A stretch of 64,000 nucleotides of DNA, from positions 325,624,001 to 325,688,000 of the forward strand of contig OZ024740.1 in assembly GCA_964016885.1 (NCBI GenBank), written 5' to 3'. This document shows, in pieces, positions 62,461 through 64,000 of the stretch. The position numbers were made by a program, and so were the translations under genes. This DNA comes from Eledone cirrhosa. Its lineage: Eukaryota. Each line of letters begins with the position of its first letter. The stretch's first letter is position 1. A model generated the notes under the pieces. It did not search any database, had not been told where the DNA came from, and was given only the letters and a program-made list of their open reading frames with translations.

Positions 62461-63890
62461 CGGGCTCTGTCCTTAGCTCCCTCCTATTTATTATTGCCCT
62501 TCAGGCTATAACAGAGGAGTTCAAGACCGGCTGCCCATAGGAACTTCTATATGCAGATGATCTAATGCTCATAGCTGAATCAATGGCTGAACTAGAGAAG
62601 AAATTCCAAACATGGAAGCATGGCCTAGAATCAAAAGGCCTTAAAATTAACTTGTCTAAGACTAAAGTTCTAGTATGTAGGAAGGAAAATAGGGCACTGG
62701 TCCCCTCTGGGAAATGGCCATGCTCAGTGTGTAGGAAAGGAGTAGGCAGAAACTCCATTTTATGTCCCAAATGCAAAGTATGGGTGCATAAAAGATGTAG
62801 TGGGATCACAGGTAAGCTAACTAAGAACATAGATTTTATATGTGGCCGGTGCTCTGGTGCAATACATAGTAGCAAGTGCCCACAGGATACTAGCTCCTTC
62901 CATTGCCCAGATGGTTCTATAGAAATTCCGTTACCTGGGTGACAAAATCAGCAGTGGTGGAGGGTGCTCTGAAAGTACAGTAGCCAGAGTCAGAACGGGA
63001 TGGAAAAAGTTCAGAGAGCTTATACCACTATTAGCAGCTAAAGGGTTCTCTCTAAAAATGAAAGGCAGGCTGTATCATGCCTGCATATGGAAAGCAATGT
63101 TACATGGCAGTGAGACCTGGGCATTGTGTGCAGAGGATATACGCAGACTGGAGAGGAACGAAGCTTGCATGCTCCGTTGGATGTGTAATAGTAATATACG
63201 TGAACAGCAAAGCATAAATGAACTAGTGAGAAATTAGGAATAAGAGGGATCAGATGCTGTTTACTCGAGAGAAAACTATGTTGGTATGGTCACATGATGC
63301 GCATGAAAGACGACAGCTGTATAAAAAAGTGAAGGGCGATCAAAATTGATGGAAGTTACGGAGTAAGCAGACCCAGAAAAACCTGGGACGATTTGATAAA
63401 TTCCAACCTTACACACTTGCACCTCTCCAAGACAATGTCACTGGACCGAGATCTTTGGCGCTACTCAGTAATACAGAAGACCCGCCTTGCCTAAATACAA
63501 AGCAAAACCTACAGTGAGTAGGCACCTCTTAACCAAAAATACACCCCCATCCCACTACCCCTATCCCCATCCCCATCTACACCACCCCTTTCTCTGTAAA
63601 GTTATGTTGGTACCATAACATCCAGTCCTAAATAAATGAGGTCGTGTAGGTGTCACGACAAAAAAAAACACACAGTCCAGGCTGTAATGTGGTTGTGTAG
63701 GTAACATCGTATAAACCTCCCAGTCCACACTGTAAACGTGGTTGGTGTTAGGAAGGGCATCCAGCCATAGAAAACCCGTCCGACAGTCCTATACAAGCAA
63801 GACAACCAATCTTGCCTCTAGTGGGACAATTCCCGCCTAAACCCATGCTAACATAAAAGATAGATGCTAAATGATGATGATGATGATGAT
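62461..63890 (+). mobile_element. 5'-truncated RTE-like LINE, close relative of 53324-54725
   Basis: GSVLSSLLFII, LYADDL, PHD-like Cys motif, LHGSETW, WYGHMMRM; stops and frameshifts; (ATG)n tail at 63871-63890. Confidence 0.92.
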
Positions 63891-64000
63891 TGGAACATAC
63901 AAACTTTATTTATTTCCAATCTATGTAGGACCTTTGCACTCAGTGCCCAGGTCTCACTACCATGCAGCATTGCTTTTTGTATACAAACCCAATACAATCT

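Overview
AT-rich, repeat-dense eukaryotic DNA; the SINE and LINE families suggest a mollusc, probably an octopus (inference). Three blocks. (1) About 280-3185: a rearranged, decayed Penelope-like retroelement (RT plus C-terminal GIY-YIG). It has an inverted segment, a minimal hammerhead ribozyme in its 3' UTR, and one end fused into a tRNA gene. (2) About 3190-40650: a 37-kb array of intron-containing tRNA-Leu(CAA) genes. I count 38 copies: 15 with intact exons and 23 damaged, many in recurring pseudogene classes. The array has an older minus-strand arm and a homogeneous plus-strand arm with higher-order repeats, joined at a perfect 33-bp fold-back palindrome (10270-10347). A SINE, a Helitron and a solo LTR are inserted, each with empty paralogous sites visible. 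(3) 45927-60947, minus strand: a complete six-coding-exon APEX2 (APE2) gene of about 571 aa. Its introns and flanks hold RTE-like LINE fragments with a PHD finger inside the RT, SINEs, nested TTAA MITEs, and mini- and microsatellites. Most ORFs in the track are repeat artefacts. Coordinates were counted by hand and may be off by a few bases at repeat edges.
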